Positions 1-13,468 are shown, numbered from the stretch's first letter. The stretch: DNA of 64,000 bases from Octopus sinensis (GCF_006345805.1 NC_043009.1:35774001-35838000); one strand, 5' to 3'. The notes: generated from the sequence alone by a model not told the origin. Made by a program: numbers and translations.

Positions 1-422
1 ACAGAATTCATAAAACACGTTCATAATTGCCAATCATCTCCTTTAAAGTCAGCCATATTCGTCAGAGTTTCAATTAGCAACATTACAACTTCGTCTAAAA
101 TATTCCTCTTTTAATCAACTGTGTATGGAAACGAAAGATTGTAGGATAATTCATTACTTAAATCTAACACTTATTCTGAAAGCCGTACTTATGCCTACGT
201 TCAATTAAATGAATCGGACCAATGTGAAGTATAAATTTACTATAAATCATGAGAGCAAATGTTAAGTAATGCAGATATTAGTTCGAGCGACGCCAATCAG
301 TCTTTCTAGATTCATTTTATTGATTTCTAACAAAAATTCCATTAGAAGTATGATGTGATTGTAGCACATACAAGCTCGAGCGCGCACACTCATACATATG
401 TTCATTTACATATATATGTATG

Positions 423-466
<44 letters not shown>

Positions 467-502
467 TACATACATACGTACGTACATACATACATACATA
501 CA

Positions 503-534
<32 letters not shown>

Positions 535-539
535 CTCTC

Positions 540-790
540 TTTACTCTTTACTCTTTTATTTGTTTCAGTTATTTGACTGCAGACACACAAACACACACAT
601 ACATACATATATATATGTATATATACAACGGTCTTCTTTCAGTTTCCGTCTACCAAATCCACTCACAAAACTTTGGTTGGACCGAGGCTATAGTAGAAGA
701 CATTTGGCCAAAGTGCCACGCAGTGGAACTGAACCAGCAACCATATAGTTCATAAGCAAGCTACTTGCCACACAGCCTACTCCTACGCCT
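540..790 (-). mobile_element. SINE family A copy (tRNA-derived head), internally deleted
   Basis: The minus strand reads AGGCGTAGGAGTAGGCTGTGTGG (A-box-like), GGTTCAGTTCC (B-box-like), GGCACTTTGGCCAAATGTCTTCTACTATAG, a TA/TG run, then the tail CAGTCAAATAACTGAAACAAATAAAAGAG. It matches more than 10 other copies in the window. Confidence 0.85.
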
Positions 791-808
791 ATACATACAT
801 ATATATAC

Positions 809-889
<81 letters not shown>

Positions 890-921
890 TACATACATAT
901 CTATGTATATATGTATACATA

Positions 922-991
<70 letters not shown>

Positions 992-1278
992 TATACATAC
1001 ATATCTATGTGCACATGAATGAAAACTCATACACTAACAGGGACCATAATTATCCGAAAAATACCAACCGAGAATAATAAAACATTTCATTGAGCCTTTT
1101 AGCCCCTATTCCTAGCAATGTATATGTTTCTTAATAGCCTAGTCACATTTAATAACAATTACAATTCGCCTTTTTACTGAAACATTGCAAGTTGCTGTTT
1201 ACATTAATTATATATAATACATATGTATGTATACATACACACACACACACATACATTCATACATACATACATACATAC

Positions 1279-1330
<52 letters not shown>

Positions 1331-1371
1331 ATATATATACCTTTATACACATATATGAACCCACAAGGAAA

Positions 1372-1700
1372 GGCGGGGGGCTTGGTGGTTAGGGATTAAG
1401 GTATTCCGTTCATGGTCGTAAGGTCGAACGTTCGATTCCTGGCGAGGCGTTGTATCTTTGAGCAGGTTAGTTTATTTCACGTTGCTGATGTTCGTTCAAC
1501 TAGCAAAAAAATGAATAATACCTGGATTTCAAAGGGCCAGCTTTGCCTCATTCTACTTCTCGCTGAATCTCCCTGAGAACTACGTTAAGGGTACGCTTGT
1601 TTGTGGATTCCTCACACGCTTGCACATAAGTTTCTCGAGCAGGCTGTTCCATTCATTGGATCAACAGGAACCCTTCTCAGTTAAACACATAGAGGTAACA
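1372..1700 (+). mobile_element. SINE family C (tRNA-derived head, CORE-like body), degenerate
   Basis: GGTGGTTAGGG (A-box-like) and GTTCGATTCC (B box), followed by TGTATCTTTGAGCAGG...TTTATTTCACGTTGCT...CTAGCAAAAAAATGAAT, which resembles the CORE/V-type SINE central domain. It begins just after a (TA)n run. Confidence 0.6.
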
Positions 1701-1806
1701 CACATGATCTTTCATCGACGCATGATAAATACATACCTTTACAAAAAAAATTGATGCTTTGTCCTCAATGTTTGAAAACTCTCTCTTTGTAGACCCTTGT
1801 TCCCTC

Positions 1807-1843
<37 letters not shown>

Positions 1844-2544
1844 CCATATATATACATACATACATACATACATACATACATACATACATACATACATACA
1901 TACATACATACATACATACAAAATAGATATAGTGTACATATATCTTCAGTAGAATCTTCAGTATGTATCATCATTCGGATGTTGTCAAATATGCATTAAA
2001 ATATTAGTTATAGAAAATATTGTTATAAGATATAATTAGGGGCAAAAGTAGAGGCAAGTTTTTTCAGAGGAAAGGAGAAAGAGAGAAGAAAACGTTTGGG
2101 TAGTGAGAGACAGTGAGCGAGATATCAAAGATAAGAAAGAGTGCAGTTTCCTGATATGATTTCCGTCAGTAATATCTCATTCCAAAATTCATTTTTAGAA
2201 AGATTTATTGAGAAGAAGGGGTAGAAAAAGGTTGGTGGAAAGCAATTAGTTATAAGGGACAGAAGGTGGAGGAGAAGCAGAAAAAGAAAATAGTGTTGTG
2301 ATTGCAGAAAGAGAAAAGGAAGAAAACGAAAAACACAGAGAAGGAATGTAAAGGAAAGAGGAATAAAGTTGGTCAAAGTTCAAAGTAGTTTTGATTAGGT
2401 GTACATGAATAAACATTCGATGGGAAACGCAAGAATTACAGATTGTGAAATGTCTAAAATTGCAGCTACGAACAGAAGAAGAATTAAAATAGGTAATAAA
2501 ATAGAGGACTAAAATATACAATAGTATCTTTTGAAAAATAACAC

Positions 2545-2600
2545 GGCGGTGCTCCAGCATGACCGCAGCTGCATAACTGAAACGACTAAAAGAGAAAAAG
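2545..2600 (+). mobile_element. isolated SINE family A 3' tail
   Basis: GGCGGTGCTCCAGCATGACCGCAGCTGCATAACTGAAAC...AAAAGAG matches the family A tail. Confidence 0.7.
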
Positions 2601-3059
2601 ACTAAATTATGCGACGTAAAGTTTTGGAGTAAAAGGTCATCATAAATAGAACCAAAGTCAGATACGCATGTATTTCGTACAAAAAAAGTGCTTATCGTTT
2701 AAATCGTTTCCTATTTCCAGTATCCATGGTGTATTTTCGTCTTATATTACTGCTTTAAATTCTTTTCGTGTTTCAAGATTCGGGTAATTCTGGCACATTT
2801 CCATCTCATAGTTGTTTATCACGTCTTAATTTTTGTACATCTAATCGAAACCACTTTGAACTATGACATCTGCTATCATTTCTGTCTCCTTTCTACTTTT
2901 CCTCTTACTTCCCTTTCTTTTCTCTTCATTTTCTTCTTTAAATTCATTTGACAACTACTTTCTTTTCCCGCTGCTTCGTCGCTTTCGTCCCCTGCTTTTC
3001 ATTCGTCGCAATAACCACGACAGACACTGTTTCAAATTGAATTGAAGCTTACAAATTGT

Positions 3060-3192
3060 CTTCAAATTTTGGCACAAAGCCAGCAGCTTTGGGCAGGGGA
3101 CTAAGTTGGTTATATTGTCCCTAGTATTCAGCTGGAACTAGTTTTGTCGACCCCGAAAGGGTGAAAGGCAAAGCCTGCTTCGGTGGAATTTC
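3060..3192 (-). mobile_element. SINE family B fragment
   Basis: TTCAAATTTTGGCACAAAGCCAGCA...GTCGACCCCGAAAGGGTGAAAGGCAAAG...CGGTGGAATTT aligns with the copies at 41582, 46757 and 55175. Confidence 0.7.
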
Positions 3193-3312
3193 TGAAGGTT
3201 ATATATTACTAAAGGAAATTTTCATTATTAGGACTATTTACTTTTTTGTTCACTTATCTCCCTCCAGTCCTCCCTCTCTCCCTACCTCTCTTTCTGTCTG
3301 TCTTTGTGTCTG

Positions 3313-3349
<37 letters not shown>

Positions 3350-3574
3350 TCTCTCTTCCCTTTTCTTCCCCCCATTTTCTCTAGTTTTTCTCTTGAAATT
3401 CTCTCACTAAATTCACTGTAGACAAATCTTATAACCATTGATTTATTAAGTGATTGTGTTTCAAACTTCGTTTGACTACATTCCAATATGAAGTAGTTGG
3501 TAAGTATACTGTGTCATAAATGAATAGGAATTCTGTTTCAACGTCCAAATCTCTTTCTTTAACAGTACCTACTC

Positions 3575-3820
3575 GTGGTAAGGCAGCTGAAACTAACTTA
3601 ACACAAGAGACAAGTGGAACCTCTGAGTAGGTGGAGACTAGTTCAGTCCTTGCTGCCGCACTCAGGGAAAGCTTACACGCTAAGGGGCGAAATATTTGTG
3701 ATACGTGCTGACGATATGGGAGGGTTTCCAATATTGCAATGGATTTTGAAGAGCATACAAGACCGCTGAGTAGCTCTTACAGTTTCAGCGCGGGGAAAGC
3801 ATCTCTGGCGTTTATTTAAC
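3575..3820 (+). mobile_element. 3' end (ORF C-terminus plus 3' UTR) of a HERO-type RLE retroelement
   Basis: Aligns by eye with 5740-6010, sharing CAGTCCT.GCTGC, GCTAAGG, GATAC.TGCTGACGAT, ATTGCAATGGATT, GCGCGGG, CATCTCT and GTTTATTT. It begins with a GKAAETN-like coding remnant. Confidence 0.6.
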
Positions 3821-6010
3821 ACATAATGTTGTAGTCGTGGGGAAAGGCATATTGGCGGGGGTGGGAAGATCTACTAACATCCATGAAAGAATGGACGACA
3901 GCTAGGAAAGACGGCACATAAACAGTTTTAGGGCTAGGATCCCAAAGAATTGTACCGTACCAGCAATCCACTCTATTAATATGGATCAGAACGAATTCCC
4001 CCAAGCATATCGAGGAGTGGGGGATATTACCTGCCAAACATTTTCGGAATGGGAAGACGGGGGAGTGAAACGCAAAGGAAAACAAAACGGCTATGGTAAT
4101 GTATTTAGGAGCGAACGTGACGTGAAGATTCATCGAAGCAAATCGAAATGCAGATAGCAACTAGAGCAAAACAAGCATCTGATACTGCATAGAGGCCCAG
4201 TTTTGTCAGCCGTAGCTATAACTGGGCGTCTCTGTTCAGCTTGTTCAAGAGGCGTGGATGCATCTGAAAGCCCCGAAAGTTTCGAGAAGAAACCATGGTT
4301 GAATTTTCGATCAGCGACAGATCTGAATGGATTCGGTAGGACAGGGACTTGAACGTCATTCTGGACAACATTCTGAAAAGCGACGCTACTTGGAAGATGT
4401 GAACCATGAGGCAAGTGATATACCAAGTATGCGAAGATAGCTTCGGTGCGAAGGAAAGGAAAAACAAACAGCAGACCTGTCCTGGCAGGAGGCAGCATCA
4501 GATGACAGGATTGAGAAAAGAGCTTAGGCAGCTGACGAAGAGGTGAGAAGAAGCGGACGACGAAAGAAAAGTGGCTTTAAATCAACTTACCATGGAGTTA
4601 CCTGAGAAGAAACCTGCCATGGCTTCGCAGAGCAAAAACTAGAGAGAGAAGTGGGGGGAAAGAAGGCTTTTTTTTAACAACCGCTTCCAGTCCACAGCTT
4701 ATTACCTCGGAAAGCCATGAAGTGGGAAGTTAATATGTTCTATCTAAAGAAGAAGTGCAGAGAAGATTAGCAGCATTGCATGGCGAACCCTTAAGATGCA
4801 TTCCGTCAGGAGATTGTCCCTTTCCATTGTTAAAGTTCAAGCTCCATATACCAGCCAACATGATAGATTTCACTTTCGAAGAAGTGAGGGTTGTGATAGC
4901 AAAAGCTCTGCATGTTCTACTCCAGGTTCGTCTGGTATCATGTAAAGACTTTACATGAATTACCCAGATCTTTCTTTTGAACGCTGAGGGAAAGATCATT
5001 TGGAGCATCAGCGAATACATCGACACGAATGTCGAGAAAAGAAAGGTCCTTGGCTACTCTGGATGCCTCAAGCACACATCATCGAACAGTCATATCAATA
5101 AAGAAGCAAGGTAGAGGAACTCACTCTCCGTTGTATGGTTGGATCATACTAAAGCGTCCCCAAACATGCCTCACCAGCTTCTCCAAAGTGCATTAGAGTA
5201 CTACCAAGTACCAACAGAAGTAGTCAGAATTATAATTTCCCACATGTATTCACTGAGGGTGAGGTTCACAGTAGGAAATTCCTCCATTAAGTGGCAGCGA
5301 TTGGAAAAAAGGATTCACGAGAAAGTGCATAAATTCCGTGATGTTGTTTTTTGGCGGCCATGCTAGATGTAATAGCGAAGCAGTCGAGGGATCCTGAAAC
5401 TTACGGAAGCATAGAAAATTCAGTTTGCATCGACCACGTAACGATCATGACACCATCAATCGAAGAGACACAGCGAACATTGTACTCACTGAAAAAAGTG
5501 GCCACGTGATCACGCTTGAAACAAAATCTTGGAGCTTGAATATCTTTAGGATAAAGGAAATAAAGGAAAATAAAGGAAACCTGACAAATGACACCTTCAT
5601 CACTCAGTGCTCTGAGATTCCGACAATCCAAGGAAAAACTAGTCAGCGACCTTGAGAAAAGGTCGCTGACTCGATATTTCCCACCAGGTAAAGATAGAAA
5701 TATCAAGACTTAGTCGACGAGACATAATCCACCAAGGAAATAGGCATGTCAGTTGAAACTAGCTCAAGATGGCTATAGGTGATAAGACACGGCAATTAGA
5801 ACCCTTCCCTTGAGAAAGACTACCTCAGTCCTCGCTGCGCCATTCAGGTGAAGCGGACAAGCTAAGGAATGGAACGCTTGTGACCCTGAGATACCTGCTG
5901 ACGATGCAGGAAGGCTTCCAGCATTGCAATGGATTCCGAAGGGCTTGAAAAACCTCCGACTAGCCCCTGTTTTTGCGCGGGCTAAAACATCTCTAATGTT
6001 TATTTCACAT
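3820..6010 (+). mobile_element. HERO-clade (R2-group, RLE) non-LTR retrotransposon relic, frameshifted and internally deleted
   Basis: Translated fragments SLLNAEGKIIWS, EYIDTNVEKRKVLGYSGCLKHT and VVWLDHTKASPNMPHQLLQSALEYYQVP...RFTVGNSSIKWQRLEKRI correspond to RT motifs typical of HERO elements. ETSSRWL lies near the end of the ORF. Confidence 0.75.
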
Positions 6011-6074
6011 ATATTGTGTACGTGTGTGAGGTGTGTGTATGTGTAGTGTGTGTATGTTTGTATATATAGGTATA

Positions 6075-6154
<80 letters not shown>

Positions 6155-6564
6155 GTACATATATATACAAACAAATATATACATACTTCATTATTAAAGC
6201 TGCAAAACCATCACAAAATATCACAACTTAATTCAATTGGGAGCTGTCAACAGTATTCTAGCTGATGGTGATAAATCAATTAATGTCAGTAAATCTACTA
6301 GACTCCCAATGTACTGGAACCATATTTAGTTTATCTACATAAAAATGTAGGTTGCAACGTTATTAGTAAGAAAACGTCTGATGCGGAAGGGCTAGTAACT
6401 GCAAGAAAGAAGGAAAAGAGTGGCCAATAGTTATTGAAATTATTAAATAAAGGAGAATATACATATATATATATATACATGCGTACATATGAATATTACA
6501 TGATACATACATACATACATATATACATATATATATACACACACAAATATATATATATATATAA

Positions 6565-6870
6565 CATTTTTAAATTTTAAATGAGGGTGAAAAATTGGGT
6601 ATTAATTTGATAACATCAATTTTAACACCACAGGACTAGCATATAAAAAAAACTGAGGTTCAGTAAATAGTACTACATACATATAAGAAAGAATTTTACC
6701 ACTATGTGGAAACCCTTATGCTAGAAGAAGATCCGCTATGGTCTTAACCACTAAGAATTGTTCTCTAGAAAATTCAGCAAACACCAGAAACGTAAGCGAG
6801 CAAGACAAATGAAAAGTAACAAAAATATAGATTAATCATAAACAAATGTTTCACTATCAACAAAATTTAT
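6565..6870 (-). mobile_element. Penelope-like terminal-repeat fragment (homologue of 23880-24140)
   Basis: Reverse-complement similarity to 23880-24140 (GGGTGAAAAATTGG.TATTAATTT.ATAACATCAATTT; CTAAGAATTGTTCTC.AGAAAA; AAATATAGATTAA). It keeps only the GAAAC-ATTT-GTT half of the ribozyme motif and has (TA)n on both sides. Confidence 0.6.
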
Positions 6871-6918
6871 ATTATATATATATTATATATTAATATATAT
6901 ATATATTATATATATTAT

Positions 6919-6951
<33 letters not shown>

Positions 6952-7206
6952 TGTATTATATTATATATATTATATATAACATATACATATATATAATATA
7001 TATATACATACATATATATATATATATTACATATACATATATATCTATATACATATATATATAATATTAATATATATATACTATATTATATATATATATA
7101 TACATATATATATACATATATATATATTACTATATATATATATACATATATATATATAACATATATATATATACACACACATATATATATATATATATAC
7201 ATACAC

Positions 7207-7237
<31 letters not shown>

Positions 7238-7323
7238 CATATATATAATATATATATATATATATATACATACACATATATATATATACATATTATATAC
7301 ATACAATATATATATATATATAT

Positions 7324-7419
<96 letters not shown>

Positions 7420-7435
7420 TATATATATATATTAC

Positions 7436-7478
<43 letters not shown>

Positions 7479-7480
7479 CC

Positions 7481-7565
<85 letters not shown>

Positions 7566-7599
7566 TATACACATATATATATATATATTATAACATATA

Positions 7600-7635
<36 letters not shown>

Positions 7636-7676
7636 ATATATAATATATATATATATTATATATATATATATATACA

Positions 7677-7738
<62 letters not shown>

Positions 7739-7780
7739 CTATATATATAACATATATATATACATTATATATATATATAC

Positions 7781-7811
<31 letters not shown>

Positions 7812-8045
7812 CATATATATATACATATATAATATATATAATATTATACATATATAGATATATATAAACATATATATATATATACACCACACACTATATA
7901 TACACACACACATATTATATTACACACACATATATATATACACACCACACATATATAATACACACCACACACATATATATAACACACACACATTATATAT
8001 ATATTATATTATCTATATATATTACATATACACACATATATATAT
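6870..8045. repeat. ~1.2-kb imperfect (TA)n/(TACA)n microsatellite array
   Basis: Directly visible. The many phase shifts may partly reflect long-read consensus error. Confidence 0.95.
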
Positions 8046-9056
8046 GAGATGTCGGTATATGTATGTATGTATGTACGTTTGCATATATGTATTTATATCC
8101 CGACTTATCCCATTATAGCATGAAGTACCACGTCTTCCGATTGGAGGCGTGAACTGCTGCGCTAATTACATATAAATTAATTATCTACGTTTGTTATCGA
8201 ATACTCCTTTCTTTTTCCTTTTTTGCTTACATTTTCGCTTTTGCATATGAACACACACGCACACGGATACACACGAACACACACAAGCACCCATATCTAC
8301 ATACACACACATTATATATATATACACATATATTTATATACTCATATGTATGTGTGTGTGTGTGTTGTGTGTATGTGTGCGTGTGTACGTGCGTGTGTGT
8401 GTGTGTGTGTGTGTGCGCGCAACCGCTTGTTGAACATATCGTGTACGTGGATAATATGTTAGCCGAACAGCTAGGTATCTGTAAGATGGAGGCGAGTGAG
8501 TGTTGAATACGTTTTTCTATGTGTCCATAAAACACCATAGTTGAATCGCTAAATGCCTAATTTATCGTTCGACTAAGTTGCTGTGTTTTGTCTGCTCGTC
8601 TCCTACTAGATTGTCATATCTTTTTATGGCTTTATTTAATGATATATTATTATCAAAGCAAGAATAGTAACAGCTCATTGTACAGTTATCAAAATAAATT
8701 TTCGTATTTTTTATTCATATGCACGTGGTGTATTTATGACTAACTATATGTAGGTCCATTATATATATAGACAAGGAGCTGTATCTATTCCATATCATTC
8801 CAAAGCAAAATAACCCGTACGCAACCAGCTACAGGCAAATAACGAAATACATTATAATCGAACTCAGCGAAACCGAGTTTACTGAGCGAGGTACCTTTTG
8901 AAAATACCCTTAACACGATCCATCTGCACCGAATGATGTACCATAATCAGTTCCGCGTGGGACCGATGCACGATGGTGCGAAAGTCATTTTTGTTCTTAA
9001 TAAAGGATCTCGTGAATTCCATCTTCTCTCTCTTTCTCTCATTTGTTATATATATG

Positions 9057-9105
<49 letters not shown>

Positions 9106-9149
9106 CACTTGTCCAGTCATATGACTATATATATGTATATATATGGATG

Positions 9150-9720
9150 TTTCACGCAGGAGGAGAATTATAATTGTCACTAAATGTAACTAAGGTATTA
9201 GGAACACCTACATTGCTAGACATAAGAGTTAAAACGCTTTAATGCACATGAATGAAAACCTATACACTAATAGCGACCATAATCGTTCGAAAGTGCCGAA
9301 AAGTGACCTCAGTTTCGGCGATTTCAAGTAATTGGGTTCAGTAACGGTGACGTTATAAGTGTATGGTCCAGTTAACCGTTTTGATGTTAAGCCGCATCAC
9401 ATTATCCATTCTAATAAATTAACTTGATGTTTTTCTATAATGTGCGAGTTCTCACATCTGTTATAGGTGTAACTGTGGTGGTTAAGTTAATCATGTAATT
9501 CAAATGTAGTAGCGTCACTCCAAATAACCTTTGTTGGTGAGTATGCATCTTCTGCACATCTTGCCAAGTACCACTCGCAAAACTCTACACTACAGTCCAG
9601 ATCATCTTTATTGAGAGCACAGACTATTCTTAGAATAATAGTACCTGATCTGTCACTAATGATTGGCGGTGTTTTACTAAGCTTTGGCATAATTACATAT
9701 AACATTTTGGTTTGAAAGTA
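9150..9720 (-). mobile_element. Tc1/mariner-superfamily transposase relic
   Basis: ORF 9487-9705 gives [18 protein letters not shown]...[14 protein letters not shown], which matches the HALNEDDxxRRxEFCEW...WSDEAxFxLxG pattern. A GPYxxxxTVTxxNYL remnant lies downstream. Confidence 0.65.
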
Positions 9721-9989
9721 TGAATATTCGAATTTTTCAATTGAAGGTATTGTTGGAAAATATACATAATGAAAGTCGTTAATAAAATATAAGGAAATTT
9801 AATAAAAATGCCAAATAGCGGGAAAATAAGTAAATTATATTTATCACTCACCACATACTATACAGGTTTGATTACTTTTAATATATACAATATGCCGTAG
9901 TCAATAAGTCACTCGTTATGTTATTTTCTACAATAAATGCGGTACCTGATTACACAAATGTTCTACATGTATTCAAAACAACCAAAATA

Positions 9990-12930
9990 TATGTTTATAT
10001 ACACATGGATACATGATCATACAAACAGATTACAGCTGGATACGGGTAATTATATTACGATAATTAATACAGATACATGGAGAAAAAGTGGGAAACCTCG
10101 ATTAAAGGAAACTTCGAAAATTGCGCGGGGCAAAATTATAAATGGTGTCTAATTTGATGGAAAAACCTTGACAGCCAAAGTTTTTGTGTTGAAAAATATG
10201 ACAAATTTATTTGGAACACACTGAATGGAACTATTTAACTTATGGGTCCTCCCCATAAATATTTCTTTGTAAAAATGGTTAATGGTTCTTCTGCCAGTAT
10301 AAGGCGTCGGAGGATTTAAAAAAAGAAAAAGAGAGTTTTAAAAAATTTTTCTAAAGTTTTTTTCTGATGAATTGTGTCTTTGCACCAAAACAGATGCGAA
10401 GTTTCAAGTGAAAGAAAACGCAATACCGGTTTCTAAACAAAAGCGAACGGTATCTTTCGCAGCGTTAAAGCAAGTCAACGAAGAATTGGATAGAATTGAA
10501 AAGCTTGGCGTTAATGAATAATTGACTACACAAAATGGGCATCTCCAACAGTTTATGTCAAGAAAAAAAAATAATAAAATCCGAGTATGCGTAGATTTTC
10601 CAACGGGATTAAACGAATATTTGATGCCATATAATTACCCGTTACCAAGTCCGGAGGAAATTTTCACGAAGTTGAACGAAGAAAAACTTTTTTAAAAGTT
10701 GAACCTATCTGAAGCATATTTACTGGTAAAAGTCGATGAGGAATGTTCAAAATTATTGACAGAAAATATCCATAAAGAGTTATATAAATTTAATCGACTC
10801 TACTTTTGTACAAAGATAGCACCTGACATTTTCCAACAAGTTATGGATATTATGCTCGCAGGTTCGGATTTTGTTGTAGCATAACTTGATGGCATACTCA
10901 AAAAGTGAATCTCGGTGTCGAAAGAATAAGAGATTAAAGGTTTAAGCACGGCGAGGAAATTTGTGAATCTTTTATGCCAAGAACAAAATATCTAGGACAG
11001 ATTATTGATCAAAAGGAACGCAGACCTGACCCGTCTAGGGTGAGTGCAATAAAAAATCTGCCTCCCCCAACAAACATTACAATGTTACAAGCATTTTTAT
11101 GGCTCGCAAATTACTACTAAGTACAAATAGCGAATATGCACGATTTAAGAGCACTCCTGAATAATTTGTGAAAAAAAGTCGTTAAGTGGAACTGGTTGGA
11201 CAAATGCCAAAAAGCTTTTGATGATATTAAAAACGTCTTAACGTCTGAATTGTCGTTATCGCATTTCGACCTGAATTCAGAAATTGTAGTGGCAGCAGAT
11301 GTTAGTGAAAGTGGTATTGGAACAGTGATTTTACACAAATATGAAGACGGTAGCCCGAAAGCAATAGCTCATGCTACGTGTTCATTATTGCCGGTTGAAA
11401 AACTTACAGTCAAATAGATAAAGAGACATTCGCCACCATATCTGCGGTAAAAAATTCCATAAATTTATACATGGAAGAAGGTTCTGTCTGCATACTGACC
11501 ACCACCCATTATCGTCGATCAATGGATCAAAAAAGGGTATCCCCACGCGTACAGCCAACAGATTGCAGCGCTGGGGAACGATCCTACTGACATGAAAATG
11601 GAATATTTGCCATCGAAAAAAATGAGACTTGCAGATGGTTTGTCAAGGTTAATACCAAAATACAATGAACCACTAGAAAACACAGTGACAGCTGAGTTAA
11701 AAGCTGAAAATGAAATAAAATATGTATTGTGCAATGCTGTGCGTGAATTGCCTGTGACATTGGAGGAAATAAAATTTAAGGCAGAGACGGACGAGTTTTC
11801 CCTAAAAAGGAAAAACATAGTGATATCAGAAGAAACAAATAATACAATACGTGTGGCTGGGCGTAACACAATTTCGAATTTGCATTCGATATGTGAGAAT
11901 ATGTTTATGTGTGCACAGAGAGTCGTAATGCCCACACCACTACAAGGTCAAATGTTTAAGGAATTCAACACTGGAAATTTAGGAATATCTCGGATGAAGT
12001 CGCTTATGAGGGGTTATGTCTACTGGCCAAAATTGTATCTAGATATTGAGAAGTTGATAAAGTCCTGCAGAGGTTGTGCTCTTGCAGCGAAATCACCATC
12101 TATAAAATTTCAGCCTTGGTCCAAGACCGATATTCCATGGTGCAGATTACACATAGACTTCGCAGGACCGTTGAACCGAGCATATTATCTAATAGAGGTA
12201 AACAGCTTTACTAAATTACCAGAAATGTGTAAACGTAGAAAACCGACATCCACGCTAACAGTGAAAATTTCTACACGAACTTTTTTCTAGGTATGGTGTC
12301 CTGGATACCATAGTCACCGATAACGGTACACAATTCACGGCGAATGAATTTGAGAATTCTTGCAAGATGTGCTCACGGGATACGCCTCCGTATCGCTCAA
12401 TATCAAACGGGCAAGCGGCAAGGTTCGTGGATACATTTAAAAGAACATTAAGGAAATCAAGAAACGACCTGCTCGATGATGCAGCATTGACACAATTGTT
12501 GAGGGTTTATAGGATAGCACCAAACCCCAAAACTTGTTCAGGTAAATTGCCTGCGGAACAAACGTTTGCTCGAAAAATGAAGTCAATTTTTTGCAGGCTG
12601 TTACCAGTAGGAAAAACAAATAGGGAAAACAATAAATATACAAAACATTTCAATATCGGTGACAAGATGTTTTTCAATATATACAAAAATGGTAGGCAAG
12701 TTTGGGAAGATGGAGTAGAAATCAACAGAATAGGCAAAATGACATATGATAAGAGTCAGAAATGGTACATAAGAGACACTTCAACTAGCTAAAAAATAGA
12801 TATACGGAAAAAAGAAAGGAAATACCCATGGACGTGTTCTTGGCGTAACAGTACAAGAAAGAGGAAACAAACAGAACGGTTGGAAGTAGTGCCTAAACGG
12901 AAGAAATATTAAACTTTGCTTAGAGGAAAA
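9990..12930 (+). mobile_element. Gypsy/Ty3 LTR retrotransposon pol (PR-RT-RH-IN), disrupted
   Basis: Protease QLDTGNYITII; RT KWASPTVYVKK..IRVCVDF, NYPLPSPEEIF, APDIFQQVMD, VVA*LDG; RNase H VVAADVSESGIGTVI, LHTDHHPL; integrase MKSLMRGYVYWP..CRGC, RLHIDFAGP, IVTDNGTQF, PPYRSISNGQAARFV. The domain order is Gypsy-type and there are many stops and frameshifts. Confidence 0.93.
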
Positions 12931-13018
12931 TCTCAAAAAGGGAGATGTAATGAAAGAAAAATAAATGAATAAAAATAATATTAACTCCAACAGAAGTCAA
13001 TCTCAAAATGGGGGTGGG

Positions 13019-13190
13019 TGTTGTGGCGGGAGTGATTGACACGTCTGGGGGATTTTGCTGAATGGACTAGCCGAACTCTTGTAAAAAGTAGCGTAAGAGG
13101 TCGGTAGGAGTCGTTGAGAGGGCGTTTTGTGAGTGTCGCAAAATACGTTGTGTGAACATATTTATTTAACCTCCGGTGCATTAAATTACA
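13019..13190 (+). mobile_element. probable Gypsy 3' LTR preceded by a polypurine tract
   Basis: AAAATGGGGGTGGG is followed by TGTTG and the segment ends in ATTAAATTACA (TG...CA termini). I see no matching 5' LTR in the window. Confidence 0.45.
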
Positions 13191-13224
13191 AATCCAACGT
13201 TTGTCAAGGATATAAAAAAAAAAA

Positions 13225-13322
13225 ATTCAAAGCCTTCTCCGTTCTTCTTGATCGGTAAGCTAATACACCTGCTTGTTGTTCTTTCACCTGTCTTCGTGTT
13301 TTCTTTTCTGTAAATTTTAACT
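13225..13322. mobile_element. Penelope-like terminal fragment related to 62222-62350
   Basis: The minus strand ACAGAAAAGAAAACACGAAGACAGGTGAAAGAACAACAAGCAGGTGTATTAG resembles ACAGAAAATAAAAGAC...GAGAAAAACAAGCAGGTGTACTAG at 62.2 kb. Both abut TA-rich runs. The Penelope assignment is inference. Confidence 0.4.
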
Positions 13323-13342
13323 ATATATATGTATATACATAC

Positions 13343-13387
<45 letters not shown>

Positions 13388-13430
13388 ATATATATATATA
13401 ATATATAATATATATATATATATATATATA

Positions 13431-13468
<38 letters not shown>

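Noticed and set aside
317-1392. Many 60-120 aa ORFs ([12 protein letters not shown] repeats) here and throughout the window
   Set aside because: They are translations of (TA)n, (TACA)n and (TG)n microsatellites, which lack stop codons in several frames; there is no coding signal.
3707-3718. 12-mer GCTGACGATATG shared between the HERO 3' UTR and family D (~42010), resembling a hammerhead core
   Set aside because: No correctly placed GAAA/NUH partner in either context, and the match is too short to imply homology.
3575-6010. Direct repeats flanking an RT, suggesting an LTR element
   Set aside because: The RT is non-LTR (HERO-like), the repeats include the ORF C-terminal remnant, they lack TG...CA ends, and they are strongly diverged.
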